A stretch of DNA of 64,000 nt from Auanema rhodensis (lineage: Eukaryota; Animalia; Nematoda): NCBI GenBank assembly GCA_964057225.1, contig OZ059900.1, positions 2,728,001 to 2,792,000 on the forward strand. The letters are read 5' to 3'. A program made the position numbers and the translations under genes. The notes under the pieces are model-generated. The model did not search any database. It was not told the DNA's origin and saw only the letters and a program-made list of their open reading frames with translations. Within the stretch, counting starts at the first letter, position 1. Every line of letters starts with the position of its first letter. Below are positions 28,172 to 42,084 of this stretch, piece after piece.

Positions 28172-29560
28172 CCGATTTTTGGTACAAAATCTGTAATACT
28201 CGTAAATTTTGATCATATTCGTTAAGATTTGAAAATCAAACACATAATACACGAAATAAGTCTATTTTTATGAGTTTGCACTGATATTTATTCATTTTGA
28301 TCGAAAAAGGTCGAAAATAGAAAGAATTTTTGAAATTTCCGAGTTTTGAGTCTAATTTGGCTAAATCGCTCATATATATGATCAGAAGCATAGTTTTATT
28401 GTCTATGACAACAAAAATCATCAATTAAACGCTAGTGATGTTTAAATACTGATTTTCGCTCAAATAGCATTACTACACTAAGTATGGTCGTTTTTATGCC
28501 TTAAACACCATATACTCACCGATTTTTGGTACAAAATCTGTAAAACTCGTAAATTTTGATCATATTCGTTAAGATTTGAGAATCAAACATACAATACACA
28601 AAATCAGTCTATTTTTATGAGCTTGCACTGATATATATTCATTTTGATCAAAAAAGGTCGAAAATAGAAAGAATTTTTGAAATTTCCGAGTTTTGAGTCT
28701 AATTTGGCTAAATCGCTCATATATATGATCAGAAGCATAGTTTTATTGTCTATGACAACAAAAATCATCAATTAAACGCTAGTGATGTTTAAATACTGAT
28801 TTTCGCTCAAATAGCATTACTACACTAAGTATGGTCGTTTTTATGCCTTTAACACCATATACTCACCGATTTTTGGTACAAAATCTGTAATACTCGTAAA
28901 TTTTGATCATATTCGTTAAGATTTGAAAATCAAACACATAATACACGAAATAAGTCTATTTTTATGAGTTTGCACTGATATTTATTCATTTTGATCGAAA
29001 AAGGTCGAAAATAGAAAGAATTTTTGAAATTTCCGAGTTTTGAGTCTAATTTGGCTAAATCGCTCATATATATGATCAGAAGCATAGTTTTATTGTCTAT
29101 GACAACAAAAATCATCAATTAAACGCTAGTGATGTTTAAATACTGATTTTCGCTCAAATAGCATTACTACACTAAGTATGGTCGTTTTTATGCCTTAAAC
29201 ACCATATACTCACCGATTTTTGGTACAAAATCTGTAAAACTCGTAAATTTTGATCATATTCGTTAAGATTTGAGAATCAAACATACAATACACAAAATCA
29301 GTCTATTTTTATGAGCTTGCACTGATATATATTCATTTTGATCAAAAAAGGTCGAAAATAGAAAGAATTTTTGAAATTTCCGAGTTTTGAGTCTAATTTG
29401 GCTAAATCGCTCATATATATGATCAAAAGCATAGTTTTACTGTCTATGATAACAAAAGTCTTCAAATATACACTAATAATGATTAAATCACTGAATTTCA
29501 GTCAAATAGCATTACTACACTAAGTATGGTCGTTTTTATGCCTTTAACACCATATACTCA
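28172..29560. repeat. 2-monomer local duplication, period 694 bp
   Basis: ORFs 28236/28930. The private variant GCCTTAAACACC (~28500, ~29194), TGATCGAAAA and TGTAAAACTC are each duplicated. Confidence 0.9.
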
Positions 29561-31646
29561 CCGATTTTTGGTACAAAATCTGTGATACTCGTAAATTTTG
29601 ATCATATTCGGTGAGATTCGAGGATCGAACACACAATACACGAAATAAGTTTATTTTTACGAGTTTGCACTGATATTTATTCATTTTTTTCAAAAAAGGT
29701 CGAAAATAGAAAGAATTTTTGAAATTTCCGAGTTTTGAGTCTAATTTGGCTAAATCGCTCATATATATGATCAAAAGCATAGTTTTACTGTCTATGATAA
29801 CAAAAGTCTTCAAATATACACTAATAATGTGTAAATCACTGAATTTCACTCAAATAGCTTTACTACACTAAGTATGGTCGTTTTTATGCCTTTAACACCA
29901 TATACTCACCGATTTTTGGTACAAAATCTGTAATACTCGTAAATTTTGATCATATTCGTTAAGATTTGAGAATCAAACATACAATACACAAAATCAGTCT
30001 ATTTTTATAAGCTTGCACTGATACATATTCATTTTGATCAAAAAAGGTCGAAAATAGAAAGAATTTTTGAAATTTCCGAGTTTTGAGTCTAATTTGGCTA
30101 AATCGCTCATATACATGATCAGAAGCATAGTTTCATTGTCTATGACAACAAAAGTCATCAATTAAACGCTAGTGATGTTTAAATACTGATTTTCGCTCAA
30201 ATAGCATTACTACACTAAGTATGGTCGTTTTTATGCCTTTAACACCATATACTCACCGATTTTTGGTACAAAATCTGTAATACTCGTAAATTTTGATCAT
30301 ATTCGTTAAGATTTGAAAATCAAACACACAATAAACAAAATCAGTCTATTTTTATGAGTTTGCACTGATATATATTCATTTTGATCAAAAAAGGTCGAAA
30401 ATAGAAAGAATTTTTGAATTTTCCGAGTTTTGAGTCCAATTGGGCTAAATCGCTCATATATATGATCAAAAGCACAGTTTTACTGTCTATGATAACAAAA
30501 GTCTTCAAATATACAGTAATAATGATTAAATCACTGAATTTCAGTCAAATAGCATTACTACACTAAGTATGGTCGTTTTTATGCCTTTAACACCATATAC
30601 TCACCGATTTTTGGTACAAAATCTGTGATACTCGTAAATTTTGATCATATTCGGTGAGATTCGAGGATCGAACACACAATACACGAAATAAGTTTATTTT
30701 TACGAGTTTGCACTGATATTTATTCATTTTTTTCAAAAAAGGTCGAAAATAGAAAGAATTTTTGAAATTTCCGAGTTTTGAGTCTAATTTGGCTAAATCG
30801 CTCATATATATGATCAAAAGCATAGTTTTACTGTCTATGATAACAAAAGTCTTCAAATATACACTAATAATGTGTAAATCACTGAATTTCACTCAAATAG
30901 CTTTACTACACTAAGTATGGTCGTTTTTATGCCTTTAACACCATATACTCACCGATTTTTGGTACAAAATCTGTAATACTCGTAAATTTTGATCATATTC
31001 GTTAAGATTTGAGAATCAAACATACAATACACAAAATCAGTCTATTTTTATAAGCTTGCACTGATACATATTCATTTTGATCAAAAAAGGTCGAAAATAG
31101 AAAGAATTTTTGAAATTTCCGAGTTTTGAGTCTAATTTGGCTAAATCGCTCATATACATGATCAGAAGCATAGTTTCATTGTCTATGACAACAAAAGTCA
31201 TCAATTAAACGCTAGTGATGTTTAAATACTGATTTTCGCTCAAATAGCATTACTACACTAAGTATGGTCGTTTTTATGCCTTTAACACCATATACTCACC
31301 GATTTTTGGTACAAAATCTGTAATACTCGTAAATTTTGATCATATTCGTTAAGATTTGAAAATCAAACACACAATAAACAAAATCAGTCTATTTTTATGA
31401 GTTTGCACTGATATATATTCATTTTGATCAAAAAAGGTCGAAAATAGAAAGAATTTTTGAATTTTCCGAGTTTTGAGTCCAATTGGGCTAAATCGCTCAT
31501 ATATATGATCAAAAGCACAGTTTTACTGTCTATGATAACAAAAGTCTTCAAATATACACTAATAATGATTAAATCACTGAATTTCACTCAAATAGCATTA
31601 CTACACTAAGTATGGTCGTTTTTATGCCTTTAACACCATATACTCA
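29561..31646. repeat. 3-monomer local duplication, period 1043 bp
   Basis: ORFs 29544/30587. The private variants GATACATATTC (~30020, ~31063) and AGCACAGTT (~30471, ~31514) are each seen twice. Confidence 0.9.
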
Positions 31647-34600
31647 CCGATTTTTGGTACAAAATCTGTGATACTCGTAAATTTTGATCATATTCGGTGA
31701 GATTCGAGAATCAAACACACAATACACGAAATAAGTTTATTTTTACGAGTTTGCACTGATATTTATTCATTTTGATCAAAAAAGGTCGAAAATAGAAAGA
31801 ATTTTTGAAATTTCCGAGTTTTGAGTCTAATTTGGCTAAATCGCTCATATATATGATCAAAAGCATAGTTTTATTGTCTATGACAACAAAAGTCATCAAT
31901 TAAACGCTAGTGATGTTTAAATACTGAATTTCGCTCAAATAGCATTACTACACTAAGTATGGTCGTTTTTATGACTTTAACACCATATACTCACCGATTT
32001 TTGGTACAAAATCTGTAATACTCGTAAATTTTGATCATATTCGTTAAGATTTGAGAATCAAACATACAATACACAAAATCAGTCTATTTTTATGAGCTTG
32101 CACTGATATATATTCATTTTGATCAAAAAAGGTCGAAAATAGAAAGAATTTTTGAAATTTACGAGTTTTGAGTCTAATTTGGCTAAATCGCTCATATATA
32201 TGATCAGAAGCATAGTTTTATTGTCTATGACAACAAAAGTCATTAGTTAAACACTAATGATGTTTAAATCACTAAATTTCGCTCAAATAGCATTACTACA
32301 CTAAGTATGGTCGTTTTTATGCCTTTAACACCATATACTCACCGATTTTTGGTACAAAATCTGTAATACTCGTAAATTTTGATCATATTCGTTAAGATTT
32401 GAGAATCAAACATACAATACACAAAATCAGTCTATTTTTATGAGCTTGCACTGATATATATTCATTTTGATCGAAAAAGGTCGAAAATAGAAAGAATTTT
32501 TGAAATTTCCGAGTTTTGAGTCTAATTTGGCTAAATCGCTCATATATATGATCAAAAGCATAGTTTTACTGTCTATGATAACAAAAGTCTTCAAATATAC
32601 ACTAATAATGATTAAATCACTGAATTTCAGTCAAATAGCATTACTACACTAAGTATGGTCGTTTTTATGCCTTTAACACCATATACTCACCGATTTTTGG
32701 TACAAAATCTGTAATACTCGTAAATTTTGATCATATTCGTTAAGATTTGAAAATCAAACACACAATAAACAAAATCAGTCTATTTTTATGAGTTTGCACT
32801 GATATATATTCATTTTGATCAAAAAAGGTCGAAAATAGAAAGAATTTTTGAATTTTCCGAGTTTTGAGTCCAATTGGGCTAAATCGCTCATATATATGAT
32901 CAAAAGCATAGTTTTACTGTCTATGATAACAAAAGTCTTCAAATATACACTAATAATGATTTAATCACTGAATTTCACTCAAATAGCATTACTACACTAA
33001 GTATGGTCGTTTTTATGCCTTTAACACCATATACTCACCGATTTTTGGTACAAAATCTGTGATACTCGTAAATTTTGATCATATTCGGTGAGATTCGAGG
33101 ATCGAACACACAATACACGAAATAAGTTTATTTTTACGAGTTTGCACTGATATTTATTCATTTTTATCAAAAAAGGTCGAAAATAGAAAGAATTTTTGAA
33201 ATTTCCGAGTTTTGAGTCTAATTTGGCTAAATCGCTCATATATATGATCAAATGCATAGTTTTACTGTCTATGATAACAAAAGTCTTCAAATATACACTA
33301 ATAATGTGTAAATCACTGAATTTCACTCAAACAGCTTTACTACACTAAGTATGGTCGTTTTTATGCCTTTAACACCATATACTCACCGATTTTTGGTACA
33401 AAATCTGTAATACTCGTAAATTTTGATCATATTCGTTAAGATTTGAGAATCAAACATACAATACACAAAATCAGTCTATTTTTATAAGCTTGCACTGATA
33501 TATATTCATTTTGATCAAAAAAGGTCGAAAATAGAAAGAATTTTTGAAATTTACGAGTTTTGAGTCTAATTTGGCTAAATCGCTCATATATATGATCAAA
33601 AGCATAGTTTTACTGTCTATGATAACAAAAGTCTTCAAATATACACTAATAATGATTTAATCACTGAATTTCACTCAAATAGCATTACTACACTAAGTAT
33701 GGTCGTTTTTATGCCTTTAACACCATATACTCACCGATTTTTGGTACAAAATCTGTAATACTTGTAAATTTTGATCATATTTGTTAAGATTCGAGAATCA
33801 AACACATAATACACGAAATAAGTCTATTTTTATGAGTTTGCACTGATATTTATTCATTTTGATCAAAAAAGGTCGAAAGTAGAAAGAATTTTTGAATTTT
33901 CCGAGTTTTGAGTCCAATTGGGCTAAATCGCTCATATATATGATCAAAAGCATAGTTTTACTGTCTATGATAACAAAAGTCTTCAAATATACACTAATAA
34001 TGATTTAATCACTGAATTTCACTCAAATAGCATTACTACACTAAGTATGGTCGTTTTTATGCCTTTAACACCATATACTCACCGATTTTTGGTACAAAAT
34101 CTGTAATACTCGTAAATTTTGATCATATTCGTTAAGATTTGAGAATCAAACATACAATACACAAAATCAGTCTATTTTTATGAGCTTGCACTGATATATA
34201 TTCATTTTGATCAAAAAAGGTCGAAAATAGAAAGAATTTTTGAAATTTCCGAGTTTTGAGTCTAATTTGGCTAAATCGCTCATATATATGATCAAAAGCA
34301 TAGTTTTACTGTCTATGATAACAAAAGTCTTCAAATATACACTAATAATGATTAAATCACTGAATTTCAGTCAAATAGCATTACTACACTAAGTATGGTC
34401 GTTTTTATGCCTTTAACACCATATACTCACCGATTTTTGGTACAAAATCTGTGATACTCGTAAATTTTGATCATATTCGGTGAGATTCGAAGATCGAACA
34501 CACAATACACGAAATAAGTTTATTTTTACGAGTTTGCACTGATATTTATTCATTTTTATCAAAAAAGGTCGAAAATAGAAAGAATTTTTGAAATTTCCGA

Positions 34601-34777
34601 GTTTTGAGTCTAATTTGGCTAAATCGCTCATATATATGATCAAAAGCATAGTTTTACTGTCTATGATAACAAAAGTCTTCAAATATACACTAATAATGTG
34701 TAAATCACTGAATTTCACTCAAATAGCTTTACTACACTAAGTATGGTCGTTTTTATGCCTTTAACACCATATACTCA

Positions 34778-36865
34778 CCGATTTTTGGTACAAAATCTGT
34801 AATACTCGTAAATTTTGATCATATTCGTTAAGATTTGAGAATCAAACATACAATACACAAAATCAGTCTATTTTTATAAGCTTGCACTGATATATATTCA
34901 TTTTGATCAAAAAAGGTCGAAAATAGAAAGAATTTTTGAAATTTACGAGTTTTGAGTCTAATTTGGCTAAATCGCTCATATATATGATCAGAAGCATAGT
35001 TTTATTGTCTATGATAACAAAAGTCTTCAAATATACACTAATAATGTGTAAATCACTGAATTTCACTCAAACAGCTTTACTACACTAAGTATGGTCGTTT
35101 TTATGCCTTTAACACCATATACTCACCGATTTTTGGTACAAAATCTGTAATACTCGTAAATTTTGATCATATTCGTTAAGATTTGAAAATCAAACACACA
35201 ATAAACAAAATCAGTCTATTTTTATGAGTTTGCACTGATATATATTCATTTTGATCAAAAAAGGTCGAAAATAGAAAGAATTTTTGAATTTTCCGAGTTT
35301 TGAGTCCAATTGGGCTAAATCGCTCATATATATGATCAAAAGCATAGTTTTACTGTCTATGATAACAAAAGTCTTCAAATATACACTAATAATGATTAAA
35401 TCACTGAATTTCACTCAAATAGCATTACTACACTAAGTATGGTCGTTTTTATGCCTTTAACACCATATACTCACCGATTTTTGGTACAAAATCTGTGATA
35501 CTCGTAAATTTTGATCATATTCGGTGAGATTCGAGAATCAAACACACAATACACGAAATAAGTTTATTTTTACGAGTTTGCACTGATATTTATTCATTTT
35601 GATCAAAAAAGGTCGAAAATAGAAAGAATTTTTGAAATTTCCGAGTTTTGAGTCTAATTTGGCTAAATCGCTCATATATATGATCAAAAGCATAGTTTTA
35701 CTGTCTATGATAACAAAAGTCTTCAAATATACACTAATAATGTGTAAATCACTGAATTTCACTCAAATAGCTTTACTACACTAAGTATGGTCGTTTTTAT
35801 GCCTTTAACACCATATACTCACCGATTTTTGGTACAAAATCTGTAATACTCGTAAATTTTGATCATATTCGTTAAGATTTGAGAATCAAACATACAATAC
35901 ACAAAATCAGTCTATTTTTATAAGCTTGCACTGATATATATTCATTTTGATCAAAAAAGGTCGAAAATAGAAAGAATTTTTGAAATTTACGAGTTTTGAG
36001 TCTAATTTGGCTAAATCGCTCATATATATGATCAGAAGCATAGTTTTATTGTCTATGATAACAAAAGTCTTCAAATATACACTAATAATGTGTAAATCAC
36101 TGAATTTCACTCAAACAGCTTTACTACACTAAGTATGGTCGTTTTTATGCCTTTAACACCATATACTCACCGATTTTTGGTACAAAATCTGTAATACTCG
36201 TAAATTTTGATCATATTCGTTAAGATTTGAAAATCAAACACACAATAAACAAAATCAGTCTATTTTTATGAGTTTGCACTGATATATATTCATTTTGATC
36301 AAAAAAGGTCGAAAATAGAAAGAATTTTTGAATTTTCCGAGTTTTGAGTCCAATTGGGCTAAATCGCTCATATATATGATCAAAAGCATAGTTTTACTGT
36401 CTATGATAACAAAAGTCTTCAAATATACACTAATAATGATTAAATCACTGAATTTCACTCAAATAGCATTACTACACTAAGTATGGTCGTTTTTATGCCT
36501 TTAACACCATATACTCACCGATTTTTGGTACAAAATCTGTGATACTCGTAAATTTTGATCATATTCGGTGAGATTCGAGAATCAAACACACAATACACGA
36601 AATAAGTTTATTTTTACGAGTTTGCACTGATATTTATTCATTTTGATCAAAAAAGGTCGAAAATAGAAAGAATTTTTGAAATTTCCGAGTTTTGAGTCTA
36701 ATTTGGCTAAATCGCTCATATATATGATCAAAAGCATAGTTTTATTGTCTATGACAACAAAAGTCTTCAAATATACACTAATAATGATTTAATCACTGAA
36801 TTTCACTCAAATAGCATTACTACACTAAGTATGGTCGTTTTTATGCCTTTAACACCATATACTCA
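34778..36865. repeat. 3-monomer local duplication, period 1044 bp
   Basis: ORF pairs 34863/35907, 35211/36255 and 35538/36582. The variant CAAACAGCTT is at ~35070 and ~36114. Confidence 0.88.
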
Positions 36866-39800
36866 CCGATTTTTGGTACAAAATCTGTAATACTCGTAAA
36901 TTTTGATCATATTCGTTAAGATTTGAGAATCAAACATACAATACACAAAATCAGTCTATTTTTATGAGCTTGCACTGATATATATTCATTTTGATCAAAA
37001 AAGGTCGAAAATAGAAAGAATTTTTGAAATTTCCGAGTTTTGAGTCTAATTTGGCTAAATCGCTCATATATATGATCAAAAGCATAGTTTTACTGTCTAT
37101 GATAACAAAAGTCTTCAAATATACACTAATAATGATTAAATCACTGAATTTCAGTCAAATAGCATTACTACACTAAGTATGGTCGTTTTTATGCCTTTAA
37201 CACCATATACTCACCGATTTTTGGTACAAAATCTGTGATACTCGTAAATTTTGATCATATTCGGTGAGATTCGAAGATCGAACACACAATACACGAAATA
37301 AGTTTATTTTTACGAGTTTGCACTGATATTTATTCATTTTTATCAAAAAAGGTCGAAAATAGAAAGAATTTTTGAAATTTCCGAGTTTTGAGTCTAATTT
37401 GGCTAAATCGCTCATATATATGATCAAAAGCATAGTTTTACTGTCTATGATAACAAAAGTCTTCAAATATACACTAATAATGTGTAAATCACTGAATTTC
37501 ACTCAAATAGCTTTACTACACTAAGTATGGTCGTTTTTATGCCTTTAACACCATATACTCACCGATTTTTGGTACAAAATCTGTAATACTCGTAAATTTT
37601 GATCATATTCGTTAAGATTTGAGAATCAAACATACAATACACAAAATCAGTCTATTTTTATAAGCTTGCACTGATATATATTCATTTTGATCAAAAAAGG
37701 TCGAAAATAGAAAGAATTTTTGAAATTTACGAGTTTTGAGTCTAATTTGGCTAAATCGCTCATATATATGATCAGAAGCATAGTTTTATTGTCTATGACA
37801 ACAAAAGTCATTAGTTAAACACTAATGATGTTTAAATCACTAAATTTCGCTCAAATAGCATTACTACACTAAGTATGGTCGTTTTTATGCCTTTAACACC
37901 ATATACTCACCGATTTTTGGTACAAAATCTGTAATACTCGTAAATTTTGATCATATTCGTTAAGATTTGAAAATCAAACACACAATAAACAAAATCAGTC
38001 TATTTTTATGAGTTTGCACTGATATATATTCATTTTGATCAAAAAAGGTCGAAAATAGAAAGAATTTTTGAATTTTCCGAGTTTTGAGTCCAATTGGGCT
38101 AAATCGCTCATATATATGATCAAAAGCATAGTTTTACTGTCTATGATAACAAAAGTCTTCAAATATACACTAATAATGATTAAATCACTGAATTTCACTC
38201 AAATAGCATTACTACACTAAGTATGGTCGTTTTTATGCCTTTAACACCATATACTCACCGATTTTTGGTACAAAATCTGTGATACTCGTAAATTTTGATC
38301 ATATTCGGTGAGATTCGAGAATCAAACACACAATACACGAAATAAGTTTATTTTTACGAGTTTGCACTGATATTTATTCATTTTGATCAAAAAAGGTCGA
38401 AAATAGAAAGAATTTTTGAAATTTCCGAGTTTTGAGTCTAATTTGGCTAAATCGCTCATATATATGATCAAAAGCATAGTTTTATTGTCTATGACAACAA
38501 AAGTCATCAATTAAACGCTAGTGATGTTTAAATACTGAATTTCGCTCAAATAGCATTACTACACTAAGTATGGTCGTTTTTATGACTTTAACACCATATA
38601 CTCACCGATTTTTGGTACAAAATCTGTAATACTCGTAAATTTTGATCATATTCGTTAAGATTTGAGAATCAAACATACAATACACAAAATCAGTCTATTT
38701 TTATGAGCTTGCACTGATATATATTCATTTTGATCAAAAAAGGTCGAAAATAGAAAGAATTTTTGAAATTTACGAGTTTTGAGTCTAATTTGGCTAAATC
38801 GCTCATATATATGATCAGAAGCATAGTTTTATTGTCTATGACAACAAAAGTCATTAGTTAAACACTAATGATGTTTAAATCACTAAATTTCGCTCAAATA
38901 GCATTACTACACTAAGTATGGTCGTTTTTATGCCTTTAACACCATATACTCACCGATTTTTGGTACAAAATCTGTAATACTTGTAAATTTTGATCATATT
39001 TGTTAAGATTCGAGAATCAAACACATAATACACGAAATAAGTCTATTTTTATGAGTTTGCACTGATATTTATTCATTTTGATCAAAAAAGGTCGAAAATA
39101 GAAAGAATTTTTGAATTTTCCGAGTTTTGAGTCCAATTGGGCTAAATCGCTCATATATATGATCAAAAGCATAGTTTTACTGTCTATGATAACAAAAGTC
39201 TTCAAATATACACTAATAATGATTAAATCACTGAATTTCACTCAAATAGCATTACTACACTAAGTATGGTCGTTTTTATGCCTTTAACACCATATACTCA
39301 CCGATTTTTGGTACAAAATCTGTAATACTCGTAAATTTTGATCATATTCGTTAAGATTTGAGAATCAAACACACAATACACGAAATAAGTTTATTTTTAC
39401 GAGTTTGCACTGATATTTATTCATTTTGATCAAAAAAGGTCGAAAATAGAAAGAATTTTTGAAATTTCCGAGTTTTGAGTCTAATTTGGCTAAATCGCTC
39501 ATATATATGATCAAAAGCATAGTTTTATTGTCTATGACAACAAAAGTCTTCAAATATACACTAATAATGATTTAATCACTGAATTTCACTCAAATAGCAT
39601 TACTACACTAAGTATGGTCGTTTTTATGCCTTTAACACCATATACTCACCGATTTTTGGTACAAAATCTGTAATACTCGTAAATTTTGATCATATTCGTT
39701 AAGATTCGAGAATCAAACATACAATACACAAAATCAGTCTATTTTTATGAGCTTGCACTGATATATATTCATTTTGATCAAAAAAGGTCGAAAATAGAAA

Positions 39801-42084
39801 GAATTTTTGAAATTTCCGAGTTTTGAGTCTAATTTGGCTAAATCGCTCATATATATGATCAAAAGCATAGTTTTACTGTCTATGATAACAAAAGTCTTCA
39901 AATATACACTAATAATGATTAAATCACTGAATTTCAGTCAAATAGCATTACTACACTAAGTATGGTCGTTTTTATGCCTTTAACACCATATACTCACCGA
40001 TTTTTGGTACAAAATCTGTGATACTCGTAAATTTTGATCATATTCGGTGAGATTCGAAGATCGAACACACAATACACGAAATAAGTTTATTTTTACGAGT
40101 TTGCACTGATATTTATTCATTTTTATCAAAAAAGGTCGAAAATAGAAAGAATTTTTGAAATTTCCGAGTTTTGAGTCTAATTTGGCTAAATCGCTCATAT
40201 ATATGATCAAAAGCATAGTTTTACTGTCTATGATAACAAAAGTCTTCAAATATACACTAATAATGTGTAAATCACTGAATTTCACTCAAATAGCTTTACT
40301 ACACTAAGTATGGTCGTTTTTATGCCTTTAACACCATATACTCACCGATTTTTGGTACAAAATCTGTAATACTCGTAAATTTTGATCATATTCGTTAAGA
40401 TTTGAGAATCAAACATACAATACACAAAATCAGTCTATTTTTATAAGCTTGCACTGATATATATTCATTTTGATCAAAAAAGGTCGAAAATAGAAAGAAT
40501 TTTTGAAATTTACGAGTTTTGAGTCTAATTTGGCTAAATCGCTCATATATATGATCAGAAGCATAGTTTTATTGTCTATGACAACAAAAGTCATTAGTTA
40601 AACACTAATGATGTTTAAATCACTAAATTTCGCTCAAATAGCATTACTACACTAAGTATGGTCGTTTTTATGCCTTTAACACCATATACTCACCGATTTT
40701 TGGTACAAAATCTGTAATACTCGTAAATTTTGATCATATTCGTTAAGATTTGAAAATCAAACACACAATAAACAAAATCAGTCTATTTTTATGAGTTTGC
40801 ACTGATATATATTCATTTTGATCAAAAAAGGTCGAAAATAGAAAGAATTTTTGAATTTTCCGAGTTTTGAGTCCAATTGGGCTAAATCGCTCATATATAT
40901 GATCAAAAGCATAGTTTTACTGTCTATGATAACAAAAGTCTTCAAATATACACTAATAATGATTAAATCACTGAATTTCACTCAAATAGCATTACTACAC
41001 TAAGTATGGTCGTTTTTATGCCTTTAACACCATATACTCACCGATTTTTGGTACAAAATCTGTGATACTCGTAAATTTTGATCATATTCGGTGAGATTCG
41101 AGAATCAAACACACAATACACGAAATAAGTTTATTTTTACGAGTTTGCACTGATATTTATTCATTTTGATCAAAAAAGGTCGAAAATAGAAAGAATTTTT
41201 GAAATTTCCGAGTTTTGAGTCTAATTTGGCTAAATCGCTCATATATATGATCAAAAGCATAGTTTTATTGTCTATGACAACAAAAGTCATCAATTAAACG
41301 CTAGTGATGTTTAAATACTGAATTTCGCTCAAATAGCATTACTACACTAAGTATGGTCGTTTTTATGACTTTAACACCATATACTCACCGATTTTTGGTA
41401 CAAAATCTGTAATACTCGTAAATTTTGATCATATTCGTTAAGATTTGAGAATCAAACATACAATACACAAAATCAGTCTATTTTTATGAGCTTGCACTGA
41501 TATATATTCATTTTGATCAAAAAAGGTCGAAAATAGAAAGAATTTTTGAAATTTACGAGTTTTGAGTCTAATTTGGCTAAATCGCTCATATATATGATCA
41601 GAAGCATAGTTTTATTGTCTATGACAACAAAAGTCATTAGTTAAACACTAATGATGTTTAAATCACTAAATTTCGCTCAAATAGCATTACTACACTAAGT
41701 ATGGTCGTTTTTATGCCTTTAACACCATATACTCACCGATTTTTGGTACAAAATCTGTAATACTTGTAAATTTTGATCATATTTGTTAAGATTCGAGAAT
41801 CAAACACATAATACACGAAATAAGTCTATTTTTATGAGTTTGCACTGATATTTATTCATTTTGATCAAAAAAGGTCGAAAATAGAAAGAATTTTTGAATT
41901 TTCCGAGTTTTGAGTCCAATTGGGCTAAATCGCTCATATATATGATCAAAAGCATAGTTTTACTGTCTATGATAACAAAAGTCTTCAAATATACACTAAT
42001 AATGATTTAATCACTGAATTTCACTCAAATAGCATTACTACACTAAGTATGGTCCTTTTTTATGCCTTTAACACCATATACTCA
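36518..42084. repeat. 8-monomer higher-order repeat, period 2783 bp, 2 copies (composition differs from the 10.4-16 kb 8-mer)
   Basis: ORF pairs 36582/39365, 37197/39980, 37995/40778, 38322/41105 and 39017/41800 are all offset by 2783 bp. The marker here is CGAAGATCGAAC instead of CGAGGATCGAAC. Confidence 0.92.
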
